Source of the DNA: Clostridia bacterium
GTDB taxonomy: Bacteria > Bacillota > Clostridia > Christensenellales > UBA1242
Length of the DNA: 48,224 bases
NCBI GenBank assembly: GCA_017938505.1
Contig: JAGBBH010000025.1
Location: 1 to 48,224, forward strand
Reading direction: 5' to 3'
A model generated the notes under the pieces. It was not told the origin of the DNA. It was given only the letters and a program-made list of their open reading frames with translations, and did no database searches. Shown piece by piece: positions 27,901 through 42,900 of this stretch. The translations under genes were made by a program, and so were the position numbers. Numbering within the stretch: the first letter of the stretch is position 1; every line of letters starts with the position of its first letter.

Positions 27901-30900
27901 ACTTTAATCTAAATGATGTGAATCAAGGTAATGGTTCGACTGAGGCGACGTTGTATAACGGGGGTAATGCAGCTTTTGGTGATGAATATTTTACTGTTGA
28001 CTATGACGGCAATGTTATTTTTGAATATACGTATTGGCTTGATGCTTCTCCAACGGCTTTAAGAGACGGTTATACATTCAACGGATTCTATACAAAGGCG
28101 AATGGCGGAAATAAAGTTATTAATGCTGACGGAACAATGGTTGGTCCTTGGACTGTGGAATTGACAGGGGTTTCTTCGGGAACTGCAACACTCTATGCAC
28201 AATGGACACCACGCACTTACACACTCACAGCAAACGCAAATGGTGGTTCGATTGCAACAACAAGTGGTTGGACAGGAACAGGCACAACTGCAACAAAGAC
28301 GGTAACTTTTGATGCGGCTGTAGGAACGCTTCCAACAACTGAAACAGTAACAAGAACAGGTTACACTCTTGCTGGTTGGTACACTGCTGACCTTGCAGAC
28401 AATGCAAGCACAAGTGGAAAAACACAAATCACAACAGCAAGCAAGGCAACAACAGCAGGCAACTGGACAATTTTTGCTTACTGGACATCAAACAACTATA
28501 AAATTACATTAAATTCAAATTATGAAGATATGACAGGTTATGGCACAGGTGCTGTAACTGCTGGAACATCTGCAATTTGGGAAAAATATGGCGTGAATTG
28601 GTATTCTGACAATGCAGGAACAATCACTACATCAACAATTTCTTCAATTTCTGCTCCAACTAGAGTGGGATACTCTTTCGGCGGATTCTTTACAGGGAAG
28701 AATGGTGCTGGAACACAAATCATTACAAACACAGGTGCAATTGTTTCTGGAAAGACAACTCAATTCACAAGCAACAACACAATCTATGCTTATTGGACTG
28801 CTAACAAATTCAAAGTTACTATGAATATGAATCTTCCAGCAAGCTATCCACAAGCAATCAGCACAAATGTGCCAAATGATGGAAACAACTATTATGTTCA
28901 AGCACAATATGGCACATCAACACTCTATGGTTCTGGAACATCTGCAATCGTTCCAAACGCAAGTTTGAAGGCTTATGATTTCGGTGGTTGGTACACTGAT
29001 GCAACAAGTGGCAATTTGCTTATTGGAACAGACGGAAAGCTTAGAGCAAATGTTTCTGGATATACTGATGCAAATGGAATCTGGACAAGAAGCAGTGTTG
29101 CAACAGTTTATGCTAGATGGACTGTTCACACATATACAATCACATATAAAAACAATGGCGGAACTTTCTCAACAGGTGAAGCTTCTGAAAAGAAAGTTAC
29201 ATACAACTACAACAACGCTCTCACAATTCTTGGCGATGCAGCTGTTACAAAAACTGGTTACAACTTGGCTTGGTCTGTTGCCGCTGGAGATGTAGAGACT
29301 GTTTGGAAAAACTATCAAACATCAAACCTTGCTGCAGGACACACATTCGCTGCAAACACTATGTATGGTGATGTAACATTGAATGCTCAATGGACTGCTG
29401 CAACAAGCGATATTACTCTTGAACTTTACACAACAGGCGAAGGTCAAGCGTATAGCAAACACAGAGTTACTTTTGACAACGCTGTTGGAAACTTGGGAAG
29501 TGCAAATTCAACTTCAACAGGTGTAACTTCAACAGTTGCTGGTCAAAACATTGCTTGGAAAGTTGGTTACACATTCCAAGGATACTTCACTTCTGCAAAT
29601 GGTGGCGGAACAAAAGTTTTTGATGCAAACGGAAATGTTTTGGCTGCAGTTGTTACAAGCGGAAGCACAACTACAACTTGGACTGCTTCAAACGGAACTG
29701 ATATCGTTTGGAAACACCCTGAAACAGAAGACGGAAAAGTTTTCAAATTGTATGCTTACTTCACTCCAAATCAATACGATTTGACAGTTAACCTTGGCAC
29801 AGGCGTTGCTTCTGTTGGGGTTAAACTTGGAAGTGGAAGTGTTACAACTTACACAGCAAACACAACAGTTAAAGTTGCTTATGACACAGTGGTAACTTTG
29901 TCTGCAACTGCAAGTGCTGGTTACTCAATCGGCAAATTCGTAAATGGTTCAAATGCAGAAGTTGGTTCTGTAGGTTCTCACGGATTTACATTCCAATCAA
30001 CAAGTGCGTTGACATTTACAGCAAAAGCAACTGCTCAACAAGTTGCTTACACATTGAAATATAGGTTGGAACAAGCTGACGGTTCTTATGGTGATGCTTA
30101 CACTGTTTCGGGACTTAAAGCAACAACAGACACCTATATTACTCTTTCTGCGCTTCAATCTTCAGTGGCAAGTTCGGCTGGAAGTCTTTTGAATGGTTAT
30201 GCTTACGGAAGTTATGAAAGTGCAACTCCAGCGGTTGACGAAAGCAAAGGCTTAAAAATCAACGGAAACGGAACAACAACAATCACTTTGAAATATGATT
30301 TGGTAACTTACACAATCACTTATGCTGGTCTTACAATACCTTCATCTACAGATTCTAATACAATAGTTTCTTATACTGTGCTTGACACGGTAACAATCGA
30401 TGGAGATCTTTATGTTTTTAATGAAGAAATGTATTATATAGAAACATGGGATTATATTGAGTCTTATACGGTGGCAAGCAATGTTGGAAATTGGTCTGGC
30501 AACTACACGCCTGGACAAGAACTCTCTGGAATGTATGGAAATGTTACACTTAATCCTAATTTAGAGCATATTTGGTGGTGGGTTGAACTTACTCCTACAA
30601 ATGCTGACGAGGGTAAAGAAGGAACAACCATTTTCTGGGCACAATATAACGGAGAGTCTTGGATATTCTGCGAAGATGATGGAACTGGAAATGCACCAAA
30701 TGAAAGCAAGCAAATAACAAAGATTGAAGTTCCTCAAAGAACGGGATATAAGTTCGGTGGGTATTTAGATTATTATACGGATTATGATGTCGTTTTCGCC
30801 GATGGAACAATTGTTACAAATAATAACAATGATAATTTAGGGTCTGCTGTAGATTTTTGGATCAATAGTGTGGCAGATTATTATAATGATTCTAAACAAT

Positions 30901-33900
30901 TCTTGAATAGTTGTTCCGGTGATTTGTGGACTGCAAACGAATACACATTCGCATACAACCCAACAACTGGAAGTGGAACAATTGCAAATCAAACAGACAA
31001 GGCATACACAACGAATGTAACATTGTCTGATGGAACTGGTTTCTCTAAAACGGGTTACACGCTTTCTGGTTGGTCACTCACTAATGGCGCAAGCACAGTT
31101 TCTTACAACCTTGGACAATCTTATTCAGTTAGTGCATTGGCAACTGCTGCAGGAGTTCATCAAGCAGCAAATGGAAGGGATGATGTAACAATCAATCTCT
31201 ATGCAGTTTGGACACCAAACACATATACAATCACATTGAACGGAAACGGTGGAAGTGTGAAGTCTGTTTCAGGACTTTCTGCACTTACAAACTCATCAAA
31301 TGTTCTTACAGCAACTTATGACACACAAGGAACATTTACAGCAGCTCTTACAAGAACTGGTTATACCTTTGAGGGTTGGTCAACAAGTGCAACAGAAGTT
31401 GTTGCAACAACAGGATTGACAAACGGAAGCATCACTGGTTCTGCCGGAAATTATACATCAACATCAACAAAGGTTTTGAATCTTGCTCCAAGCGGAAATA
31501 TCAATTTGTATGCAGTTTGGACTGCTGACCTTGTTGTTGTAACTCTCAATCTTAACGACAGCACAGAAAGCAATGGTTCAACCGTTGCTGGAGTTGTTGC
31601 TGGTGCAACGATTGCAGATAACAAAGTTTATGTTGCTTATGATGCAAAAACATACGCAACAGAAAACACTCAAAAGGTTTATGCAACAAACAACTACAAC
31701 GGAACAATTATCACTCCAACAGCTCAAAGAAATGGATATAAGTTCAATGGTTGGTTTACAGCAAAAACTGGCGGAACACAAATCTTTAACAATGCTGGTC
31801 AATTGGTTAAAGATTGGACTGTTGCAAATGTAGGCACTGGTGCAGACATTTCTGCAACACTCTATGCTCAATGGGTGGCAAACACATATACAATCACATA
31901 CAACAAAAATCACAGCGGAAGCACAGATACTTACGCTGACACAACAAAGGCAACTTTCGACAAGGGATATACTGTATTGTCGAAAGAGGCTTGTTCATTC
32001 AATGTTACTGGTTGGACTTTTGGTGGTTGGGCAACAACTGCAAATGGAAGTGCTTCATATCAACCAGATTCAACTTTGACATTGAACAATTCTAACTTTA
32101 ATTCAATTTCAGGAACAACATACAATCTTTATGCGGTTTGGACAGTAAACTCTTACACTGTAACTTATGATGCAAACGATGCAAATTATCAAGGAACAGC
32201 AACACTTCTTACTGGCAAATCAAAAACACAAACTTACACATATACAGCAGTTGTTGACACAACAACTCGTTATTCAAGAACTGGTTATGCTTTTGCAAGT
32301 TGGAACACAAATGCTGACGGTTCAGGAACAACAATTGCAAGCAACGCAACTGGTCTTGTTGCTGCAGATGGTGGAACAATTACACTCTACGCAATCTGGA
32401 CTGCTGGAAATGTAAACTATAAAGTTGTTCATATGACACAAACAATTGCGGCTGCAATTAGCGGAGTTACAACATTCTCAACTTCTGCACCTACAACAAA
32501 CTACTCAATTTCTTCAGAAGAATCAAAAACTGCAGCAAGCAATACAACAATTACTTCAACTCAAATCAATGGCTTCTATAAGACATTGACAGGATTTACA
32601 AAATTGAACTCTGCTTCAACTCACGAATATGTTGTTCAAGCAGACAGTTCAATGATTATCTATTTGCTCTACACAAGAGACTATGCTGATGTTTCAGTTG
32701 AAATTGGAACTGGCATTGCAAGTGTAACAGCAACAACTGCAGATAGAACTTTGTCAGGAACTTTGGCAAGTTCAACAATGACCTACTCAAAAGTCTTCTT
32801 TGGTGAGTCGGTTACTCTTTCTGCGGCACTTAAAGCTGGTTACGAAAGTGCGAAATTTGAAATTGTAGATGGTCTTGCGGCAGCAAACTTCTCAAACAAC
32901 AACTTCTCAATGCCTGATAATGCTGTTGAATTTACAGTTTCAGCAACACCAAAACAAGTTCCTTATGCAGTGAACATCTATTTGCAAAATGTTGATGGAA
33001 CATACAACAGTGAAGCAAGTGAAGTTATTTCAACAAACTTGACAGCAACAACTGACACAGAAGTTACTGTTGAAACAACAATCTATGCAAAAAGTGGATT
33101 CTCATTTGACACTTCTGCAAGCAATGTTCTTACTCAAACAATCAAGGGTGATGGTTCAACTGTTTATAAACTCTACTTCAAGAGAAATTCTTACACCTTG
33201 ACGCTTAAGTATGAAGATGGAATTGCTGCTGGTGGAATTGAAGCAACTCCTGACACAACAATAACAAAGGTTTATGGGGATACAACAACTGTTGCGGATC
33301 CAGTTAGACCAGGATTTGCTTTCACAGGCTGGACAAAGAGTGCAACTTTCACAGGAACACTTGATGGAACAACTTACACATTTGGTTACACAAATGACAC
33401 ATTGACAGCAACTTGGCTTGAAAATACATATACAATCACATTTGCCACTGTTGGTGGAACAGAATTCGAAGATCAATCTTACACAGCGTTGACTTATGAT
33501 TTCAATGTAACTCCATACATTCCAACAAAAGCAGGCTACACATTCGAAGGTTATACGGTTGCTTGGGCAGATAATGACCATTCCGCAACATTGCCAACAA
33601 TATATAGTGCTGGTGGTGGTGGTCACTATATTATGGAATTTGGTTTTGGTTGTTATGGAGACCTTGTTCTTACAGCAAATTGGGAAATTATAAACTATAC
33701 AATTGAATATCCATTTGCCGTGGGAGTTCTTCCAGAAGGAAAGACAAATCCAACAACATTTAATGTTGAAATGGATCCAATTACACTCAACAATCCAACA
33801 AGAACTGGATATAAATTCTTGGGTTGGAGCTTTATGAACGGAGGAGGAGCTTTGATGCAAACCCTCGTTCTTAACAAAGAGAATGTTTTGCAATATGCTG

Positions 33901-36900
33901 ACGAAACGGATATCGTGGCAATTGCAGAAAATTGGGAAGCAAACACAATTAAGGTAAACCTCAACTTAAATGACAAGACAAATGGAAATGGTTCAACTGA
34001 AGCAAGATATTTAAAATATGCTGGAACGATATCTAATTATGATGGCTTTGTTGGTTATCTTAACTTCGAGTATGCTGGGGCAGCGCCAGAATATGTTCAA
34101 GCTGCAAGAGATGGTTATAGATTTAATGGTTGGTATTCTTCAGCAACTGGCGGAGAACTTGTTTACACTGGTTCAGACACTGGTGAGACTTGGACCTATG
34201 TTGCTTCTGGGGAAACAACTCTTTACGCACAATGGAGTCCAATTGGTTACACATTGACATTGAATCCAAATGAAGGTAGTGTCGCTACAACAACAATGCC
34301 TGTTGTGTTCGACCAAAAGATTGGAACAATTGCAACTCCAACAAGAGTTGGTTACACATTTGGTGGTTGGTCAATTGACGGAACAGCAATCAATGCTGAC
34401 ACATCTTGGACATATACGACAGACAAAACAGCTGTTGCAAGTTGGACTGCAAACACTGTTTCAGTTACACTTGACAAAAATGCAACAATCAACGGCAGTG
34501 ATGTAACTCTTGACTATACAACAGTTTATGTAACATATAACACTACAAACATCTATGCAAGCAGAACGGGAAGTGCTTATCCTTATGCTGGAAGTGGTGC
34601 AACAATTGCTCCAAAAGCAAGCAGAACAGGTTACACATTCAATGGTTTCTGGACAGCAACAACTGGTGGAACTCAAATTATCAATGCAAATGGTGGTTTG
34701 ACATCTGCTTGGTCATTAAATGCAATTGATGGTCAAGTGCTTTATGCACAATTCATTGCAAACACAGACAACACTGTAACATTCGATTTGACAAATGTTG
34801 AAAAGGGTAGTGGTGCTAGCACAGCAACATCTGGTGCGGTTTACACAGCAACGCTTCAAAATGCAACAGGTTACAGCTTGCCTGACACAATTTCAGTTAC
34901 AGTTGGAGGAAGAACTCTTACGGCTGGAACTCAATACACATATACAATCGCAATTGTTGAAGGAACAGAAAGACAAGTTGCAACAATCACAATCAAAGAA
35001 GGTGTTGTTAATGGCAACATTGTTATCTTTGCAGAAGGTGTTGCAAACAGTTATGTTGTAACAGCAAACTTGAACGGTGGAGAAATTCTCTCTGCTGGAG
35101 AATGGACTGTTGCAGCAAACGGCACAAGTGCAACAAAATCAGTAACTTTTGCAAGTGAATATGGTTACCTTCCAACAGCAACAGATGAAATTTACAGAGC
35201 AGGATATAATTTCGCTGGTTGGTACACAACTTCAACATTTGAAAGTGCTTCTCTTATCACAAGCACATCAAAGGTTGCAACAGCAAATGCTCACACAATC
35301 TATGCAAAATGGGAATCAAAGACAATTGAAGTTACAATCAAGGTTTATGACGGAGATTGGTCAACAAAACTTGATGACGATTGCAGTGAAAGCGGAACAT
35401 ACAAAGTCGGTGATGTTATCTATTTCAACGCTTATGCTTCAATTGAATACACAACGTTCTATAGATGGAGAGAAACTTTAATTCCAAGAGCAGGTGGAGA
35501 GACAACATGGTTATATCAAATGTATAATGGAACAGAACTTGTAGTAACGGAAGATATGACTGAAACTTATTCTCAAATTATATACGAAGCGGTTTCCTCA
35601 TATACATGGGAACACTATTCTGTAACGGATTTGAACAAAGATAACCCTGCCGAAGTTACGGCATCTAAAAATAATGCAAACACTGTCGGAGGTATGGTTT
35701 CAGACAACTATTCTTTTGTTAATCATAATGGTTATTGGGGTAGTGTTGGCAAACATGCGGGAGATACTTGCAACAACACGAAAAAAACGCTAGAAATGTA
35801 TGCTCGTGCAAATGCTGGGTATCACTTCTATGGCTGGTATTTGAAATCAACAACTGCTTCTGGAGATGTTGTGGGCGATGCCAGACTAGTGGCATTGGCA
35901 GAAGACTGTGAAATTGTTGAATCTGCTGAACATGGAACATATTATTCATATCAACACACATTATATAGTGAAACAATGGCAGAAGGAACAAGAGGTGGCG
36001 GACAATTCTTTGCACTCTTCTTGTCAAAAACATACGAAATTGAAATTGATTATGCTGGTGGTGCATTGACAACAGGTTCAAACCCAACATCATATCAAAC
36101 AAAAGATACAAACATCTCACTTCTTGCTCCAACAAGAATCGGCTACACATTTGCTGGTTGGGAACTTGAATGGGCAGGAAGCGAACACAGTGCAACACTT
36201 CCAACATATACAAACACATCAATTGCAACAAACGGAGTAACATATGGAGATATGAAACTCACAGCAAAATGGACAGCAATTGGATATGCGGTTAAATATG
36301 TAGTTGCAGGTGGAACACTTAGTGGAACAACACCACAAAGCTATACAATTGAAAGCACAGAAACACTCAACAGCGTAAGCAGAAATGGATATACATTCCT
36401 TGGCTGGAAGGCAACAGAGGCAGAAGGTTCTTGGACACTTAACAGTCAGTACAAGGCAGGAGCAAGTCTTACAGGACAATATGGCAATGTAACACTTACA
36501 GCAGAGTGGAGTGCAAATGTATATGCAATTACACTTGATGGAAACAAAGGTGAAGGCACAAGTGAAGTTACAACAACCCACAGCACAGTATATGTGGCAT
36601 ATGCAAGTGCAACACTTCATGCAGGAAAAGAAAGCAAGACAAGTGTGGCAGAATATGGATATGAAGTAGTAACAGGCAGTGCAATTAAGCCAACAGCATC
36701 AAGAGATGGATATACATTCCTTGGTTGGTTCAATGGCGAAACAGAAGTAATTTCTGCAGCAGGCGAACTCAAAGCAAACTGGGCAACAACAGCTGGAGCA
36801 GCTCTCAAAGCAAAATGGGATGCAAATTCAGTTAAAGTGTTGTTCAACACAAACATTACGACAAACTATCCAAATGACGAAGCAAGTGTAACACCAACAG

Positions 36901-39900
36901 AAGCAACACTTACATTCAACGGAAAATATACAACACTTGCAAGCGGAACAAGAACAGGATATACACTTGAAGGTTGGTACTTTGAAAACACATTGACAAA
37001 CAAAGTAACAACAGAAACACAAATTACAAACCACGCAGAACACACATTGTATGCTAAGTGGACAGCAGTTGAACAAACAGTAACATATAACTTGACAAGA
37101 GTTACAGTAAAGAACGAAACAACAAAAGTTTACTCACATGCAAATGATGCAGTGGCAACATTGACAGCAGACACAGGATTTAGTTTGCCAGGAACAATTT
37201 CAGTTACAGTAGATGGAACAGAGATTGCGACAGCAGGCTATACATACGACTCAACAACAGGTGCATTGACAATTAAGAAAGAATATATCAATGGACCAGT
37301 GGTAGTAACAGTTAAGGGATCTGCAGGATCAAATACAGTAACATTTGTAATTACAGACAGAGCGAACACAACTCCAACTGAGAAGACAATCTTGGCAACA
37401 GGAAACACAACAACAGTAGAGAGTGGTTCAAAATATACAGCAACATTGACTAGGGTAGCAGGATACGACTTGCCATCTTCTATCAGCATAGCTATCGTAG
37501 GTTGTGCAGAACCAAGCTATACATATACAGTAGCGACAGACAAGCAAACAGCAAGCATTGAAATCGATGGAGAGTCTGTAGTTGGAAACATTACAATTAC
37601 AGCAGCAGGTGTAGCTAAGAGTGTGGCGATTACATTCAATGCAAATGGAGGAAGCGCAGTAGCAACAAAGAATGTAACATTCGACCAAGCATATGGCACA
37701 CTTGAAACACCAACAAGAGAAGGATACGATTTCAAGGGTTGGTATTTGACAGACCTTGAAGATGATGCAACAATCGGACAAGCAACAAAGGTAGAAGAAA
37801 CTACAATCTTGAAGAACGAAAATGCACATACACTTCACGCATACTGGACATCAAGAAGCGTAACAGTTACAGTTCGCAACTTGTCAGGAACAGCAAATGA
37901 AGGAAGTTTGACAGGTGCAGGAACATACAAGACACTTGATGTAATCACACTTGGACAAACAGCAAACACAGGATTCAACTTCGTTAAGTGGGTACTTGGC
38001 ACAGCAGAAAGTGGCACAGTTATCGAAGGTGGAAAATATACAGTTAAGACATCAGATACGGCAAGCGACAATGCAACACTTACATTCACAGCAGTATATC
38101 AAGTAAGTGGAACACTCGCAGCAGTAACAGATGGAACAGTAAGCGGAGTAGGCGGTTCTGTTGAAGTAACAGGCGGAGTTGCAGGAGCAACATCAACAGC
38201 AACATGGATTTACACAGGCGCAGCACAAGAAGTTACACTTAAAGCAACAGAAAACGCAGGATACAGCTTTGCAGGTTGGTTTACAACAGCAAGTGCAACA
38301 GAAGCAACATACAGCACAGCAACAGCGACACACGCACTTGGCACAGCAGGAACATTCAACCTTGTAGCTAAGTTTGAAGCGATTACATACTCAATTGATT
38401 ATGTTCTTAATGATGGTTCATTTGTTGATGAATCAGCAGTTGTAAAATCATATAAGATTACAGATGAGGTTATCCTTCCTGTAACAGCACAAATTGCAAA
38501 AACAGGATATACATTTGAAGGTTGGTATGAAGCAGAAACTCTTACAGGAGATAAGGTAACAACTATTGCGGTTGGAACAATTGGAGACAAGAAATATTAT
38601 GCAAACTATACAGCAAATGTTTATAAGGTAAATCTTGACAATCAATCTGCAACAACTTCTACAACAAACACAATTTGGGAAAAATATGCAACAGCTTGGT
38701 ATTCAAATGCTGAAGCAACAAGCGAAATTGAAAGCATAACTGCTCCAGCAAGAACAGGTTATGTATTTGGTGGATATTGGACACAAGTTGGTGGAAAAGG
38801 AACTCAAATTATTGACAATGCAGGAAACATTGATGCAAGCAAGACAACAGAATTTACTGCAGAAACAATTATCTATGCACAATGGATTGCAAACGAATAT
38901 ACAATTACATTCAACGGAAATGGACACACAAGTGGTTCTATGGAAGCTCTTGATATGGTTTATGATGTTGAAAAAGCATTGCCAGGAATTGGATTTGACA
39001 GAGCGGGTTATACATTCAAAGGTTGGGCTACAAGTGCAAACGGAGAAGTTATTTACTCAAATGGTGCAACAGTAATCAACTTGGCAACAGGTGAAACTGG
39101 AGATGAAAGTGTTGAATTGTTCGCAATTTGGGGTGCAAAAGATGACACAGTTTATACAATCAACATTTACTATGCTAACACAGAAGGAACATACGAAGGT
39201 GTTGAGGCGGAAGAACCTATCCAAAGAACAGGTGTCAGCGATGCGAAGATTTCATTCGTTGTAACAGATATTTCTATTACAATTGATGGAACAAAATATG
39301 AAAAGACAGGATTTAGTTATGATGCAAGCACAAGTGGAATAACAAATTCAACAGTTAAGACAATTACTGCTGATGGAAGTCAGGTTCTTAACATTTACTT
39401 CTCAAGAAATGAATATACATTGACAATCAATCCTAATGGCGGTAAATATGACAACAAGACAACTGCAACAGAAGTTAAAGGTTTGTTTGAAACAACTTAT
39501 ACTGTTCTCGAAGCAACAAGAGAAGGACATTCTTTTGCGGATTGGACATTGGCTGGAGAGGGCGACCTTGAAGGGGCAATCTATACATTTGGTGCTGGAA
39601 ATGACACATTGACAGCTCAATGGAACATTCTTTCTTACACACTTACTCTTACAAAAGACAAGGGTGTTGAAAGTGTTTCTGCAAGTGGAACGGGTGTAAC
39701 AAACAAGGGAGATGGAACATATACAATTGTTTATAACTCTACAGTTGCTCTTACATATAAACTTAATGCAGGATTCAACTTCAAGGGTTATGCAACAAGT
39801 GATGTAACTGTTTCTAGTGGTTCATTTACAATGCCTGCAAAAGCAGTTGCAATTGAAGCACAAACAAATGAAAATCCATATATTATCAGACTTAACTTGA

Positions 39901-42900
39901 ATGGTGGAGAAGGTTCTGCTCAAACAAGTGAAATCAGTGCTCTTTATGACACATCAAAGGCTTTGACAACAATCGAAGACCTTGGTTGGACAAAATCTGG
40001 TTATGTATTTGCAGGTTGGTCAGAAAGCGAAACTGGTGCAGTTAAATATAGAGATGGTGAATCGGTTATCAATGGAGCAACAACAGGTTATTATGACTTG
40101 TATGCAATCTGGACTGCTGACACATTTGAAATTTCATTCAATAAGAATGCAGATGACGCAACAGGAACAATTGCAACTATTGAAAATGTTGTATTTAACG
40201 AAAACATCACTCTTACAGCAAACACTGGTTTGATTGCAAGGGTTGGATATACATTCCTTGGTTGGTCTGAAGATGATGAAGCAACATCAGCTACTTATGC
40301 TGACGGAGCAACATTCAAATATACAAACGCATATAACACAGTTCTCTATGCGGTTTGGTCAGAAAATTCTTACACATTGAAACTTGATGCAAATGACAGC
40401 AAATATCAAGGAACTGCAACATTGACAGAAGGTAAGACAAATGTAAGAACAATGAAGTTTACAGATGCTGTTAACTTTGAAAACATTTATACAAGAACAG
40501 GTTATTCATTTGCAGGCTGGGCAGAACTTCCAGCAGGCGAAGTGAAATATCTTGCAACAACAACAGGCGTAAGCGGACTTAGTGCAACAGACAATGCAAC
40601 AGTTACACTTTACGCAATTTGGAATGTTGAAGAAGTTGCATTTACTGTAAATATGTTTGAAAGATATGAACATAAGACAGAATATGTGGCTCTTGAAACA
40701 TACACATTTACAGCAAACACAGATTCTGAAGTTGAGTTCTCAGTAAGTGGTAAGACTCTTACAGTTAACGGAGAAACAAAAGAATTTGCAAATGCTGTTA
40801 ACGCATTTACATTTGAAAATGCAAAGACTACAACAACAGGAACAAATAACGCAATGACAGTTCTTGCTGATGGAAGTTTGGAAATCAATCTCTATGTTTA
40901 TAGAAACAATTTTGAAATTACACTTCTTACATCAGAAAAGGGAATTGAAAATGCGGTATTGACTGGAAGCGGAATTGCTTCAGTTTCTGGAAATAAATAT
41001 ACCGTTGCTTATGATAGCGAATTGAAGTTCTCATATACTGTATCCGCGGGCTATGACTTCAAAGAATATCAAACAGCAATTTCTGGAAACAGCAATTGGA
41101 CAAAACCAGTTTCTGCTTATGAAACAAATGATTGCTTTACTGCACCAGATGCAGATTTGACAGTAACAATTGTTGCAGAAGCAAGAACAGACACGAAATA
41201 TACAGTTAAGCATTACAAAGAAGAATTAGACGGAACCTTCACATTGGCAGACACAGAAAACTTGGAAGGAACAACAGACACAACGGCAACAGTTACAGAC
41301 AAGGGATATGCAAACTATACACTTGACGACACTGTAAGTGGAACACTTCTTTCTGGAAATATCAATGGAACAGGCAGTTTGGTTTTGAGTGCTTACTATA
41401 AACTTGACACATACACATTGACACTCACGAAAGATGAGAAGATGGGTGCTGTTAAAGCAGAAGGTGTTGGCGTAACTGCAAACGCTGGAACTTATACAGT
41501 TAAGTATGGTGCTACAGTTGAACTCTCTTATGAGTCAATTGAAGCGGGTTACAGTTTCAAAGAATGGGAGGTTGTTTCAGGAATTGTTACAGTTTCAGAC
41601 AACACATTCACAATGGCTGCTGATGATGCTGAAATTAAGGCTGTTTCAGAACCAATCACATATCACATTATTTACAATGCAAATGCTGGTAAGATTGCAG
41701 GAGAAGACAGTGTGTCAGTTGAAATTAAACATGATGCAACTGCAACTGTAAGAACAAACAGTGAAAACGACATTTTGAGAACAGGTTACACATTCTCTAC
41801 TTGGAACACAAGTGCAAACGGAAATGGAACAAATTATGCTCCAAATTCAACATTCACATTTGAACTTACAGAAGACTTGATTCTTTATGCAATTTGGACA
41901 GCAAACACATACGATGTTATCTATAATGCAAACAATGGAACAGGCGCAAGCAAGACATTTGCAGATGGCGTAACATTTGATGATGAATATACATTCCTTG
42001 CAAACACAGAAGCAAACGGAATGGCATTCACAAAGACAGGTTATTCATTCCTTGGTTGGGCAAGTGATGAAAGTGCAACAGCAGCAGAATTTGTTGTAGG
42101 CGCAACAATCACTCACACAACAGCAGACGACATCACAGTTTATGCAGTTTGGAAAGCAAACACATATACAATCACTTATGATGCAAATGATGGCGGTGCA
42201 GAAAATGCTCCATACGGAGTTGCAACGGGTTCAACAGCAAGCACAAACGCAACTTTTGATGAAGATGTAATTTTGGCAACAAATGGATTCGACTTTGTTG
42301 GTTATGAATTCCTTGGTTGGTCAGAAGATGCGGACGCAACAGAAGAAGATTTTGAAGAAGGCGAAACTCTTACAACACCAAACTTCTCAAGTGAAGTTAA
42401 TGGAAGCAAAGTTCTCTATGCAGTTTGGAAAGCAGAAAACTATGTAATTACAGTTGACAAAGTTATTGATGGAATTGCTACAGCAGTTGATTCTATTTCA
42501 ATGACTTATGGAAACGATTATACAAATGCAACACTCGTAGCAAATGTTGCAGAATATGACAAGACTGGCTACACACTTGTTGGTTTCTTCACAGCAATCA
42601 CAGGTGGCGTGGAAGTTATTGATGAAAATGGAAAACTTCTTGTAAATGTAGTTGACGAAAAGATTATTGTTGACAATGGAACTTGGGCACACGCAGACAA
42701 CATTGAAATCTATGCTCAATATCAAGCAAAACCATATACGGTTAACTTCAATGTTGAGGTTACAAAACCAGAAGATGTAACTCCTGCAGTTAGCCCAGCA
42801 TCTAAGACGGTTTACTTTGCATCAACTTATGCAGGTGAAGATGGCGTATGGCCAACACCAACTCTTGCAGGTTACTTCTTCGATGGTTGGTCAACAAGAA

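Noticed and set aside
26803-36030. Diversity-generating retroelement as source of the divergent patches
   Set aside because: Differences from sibling repeats are not adenine-restricted, and no reverse transcriptase or template repeat is in the window.
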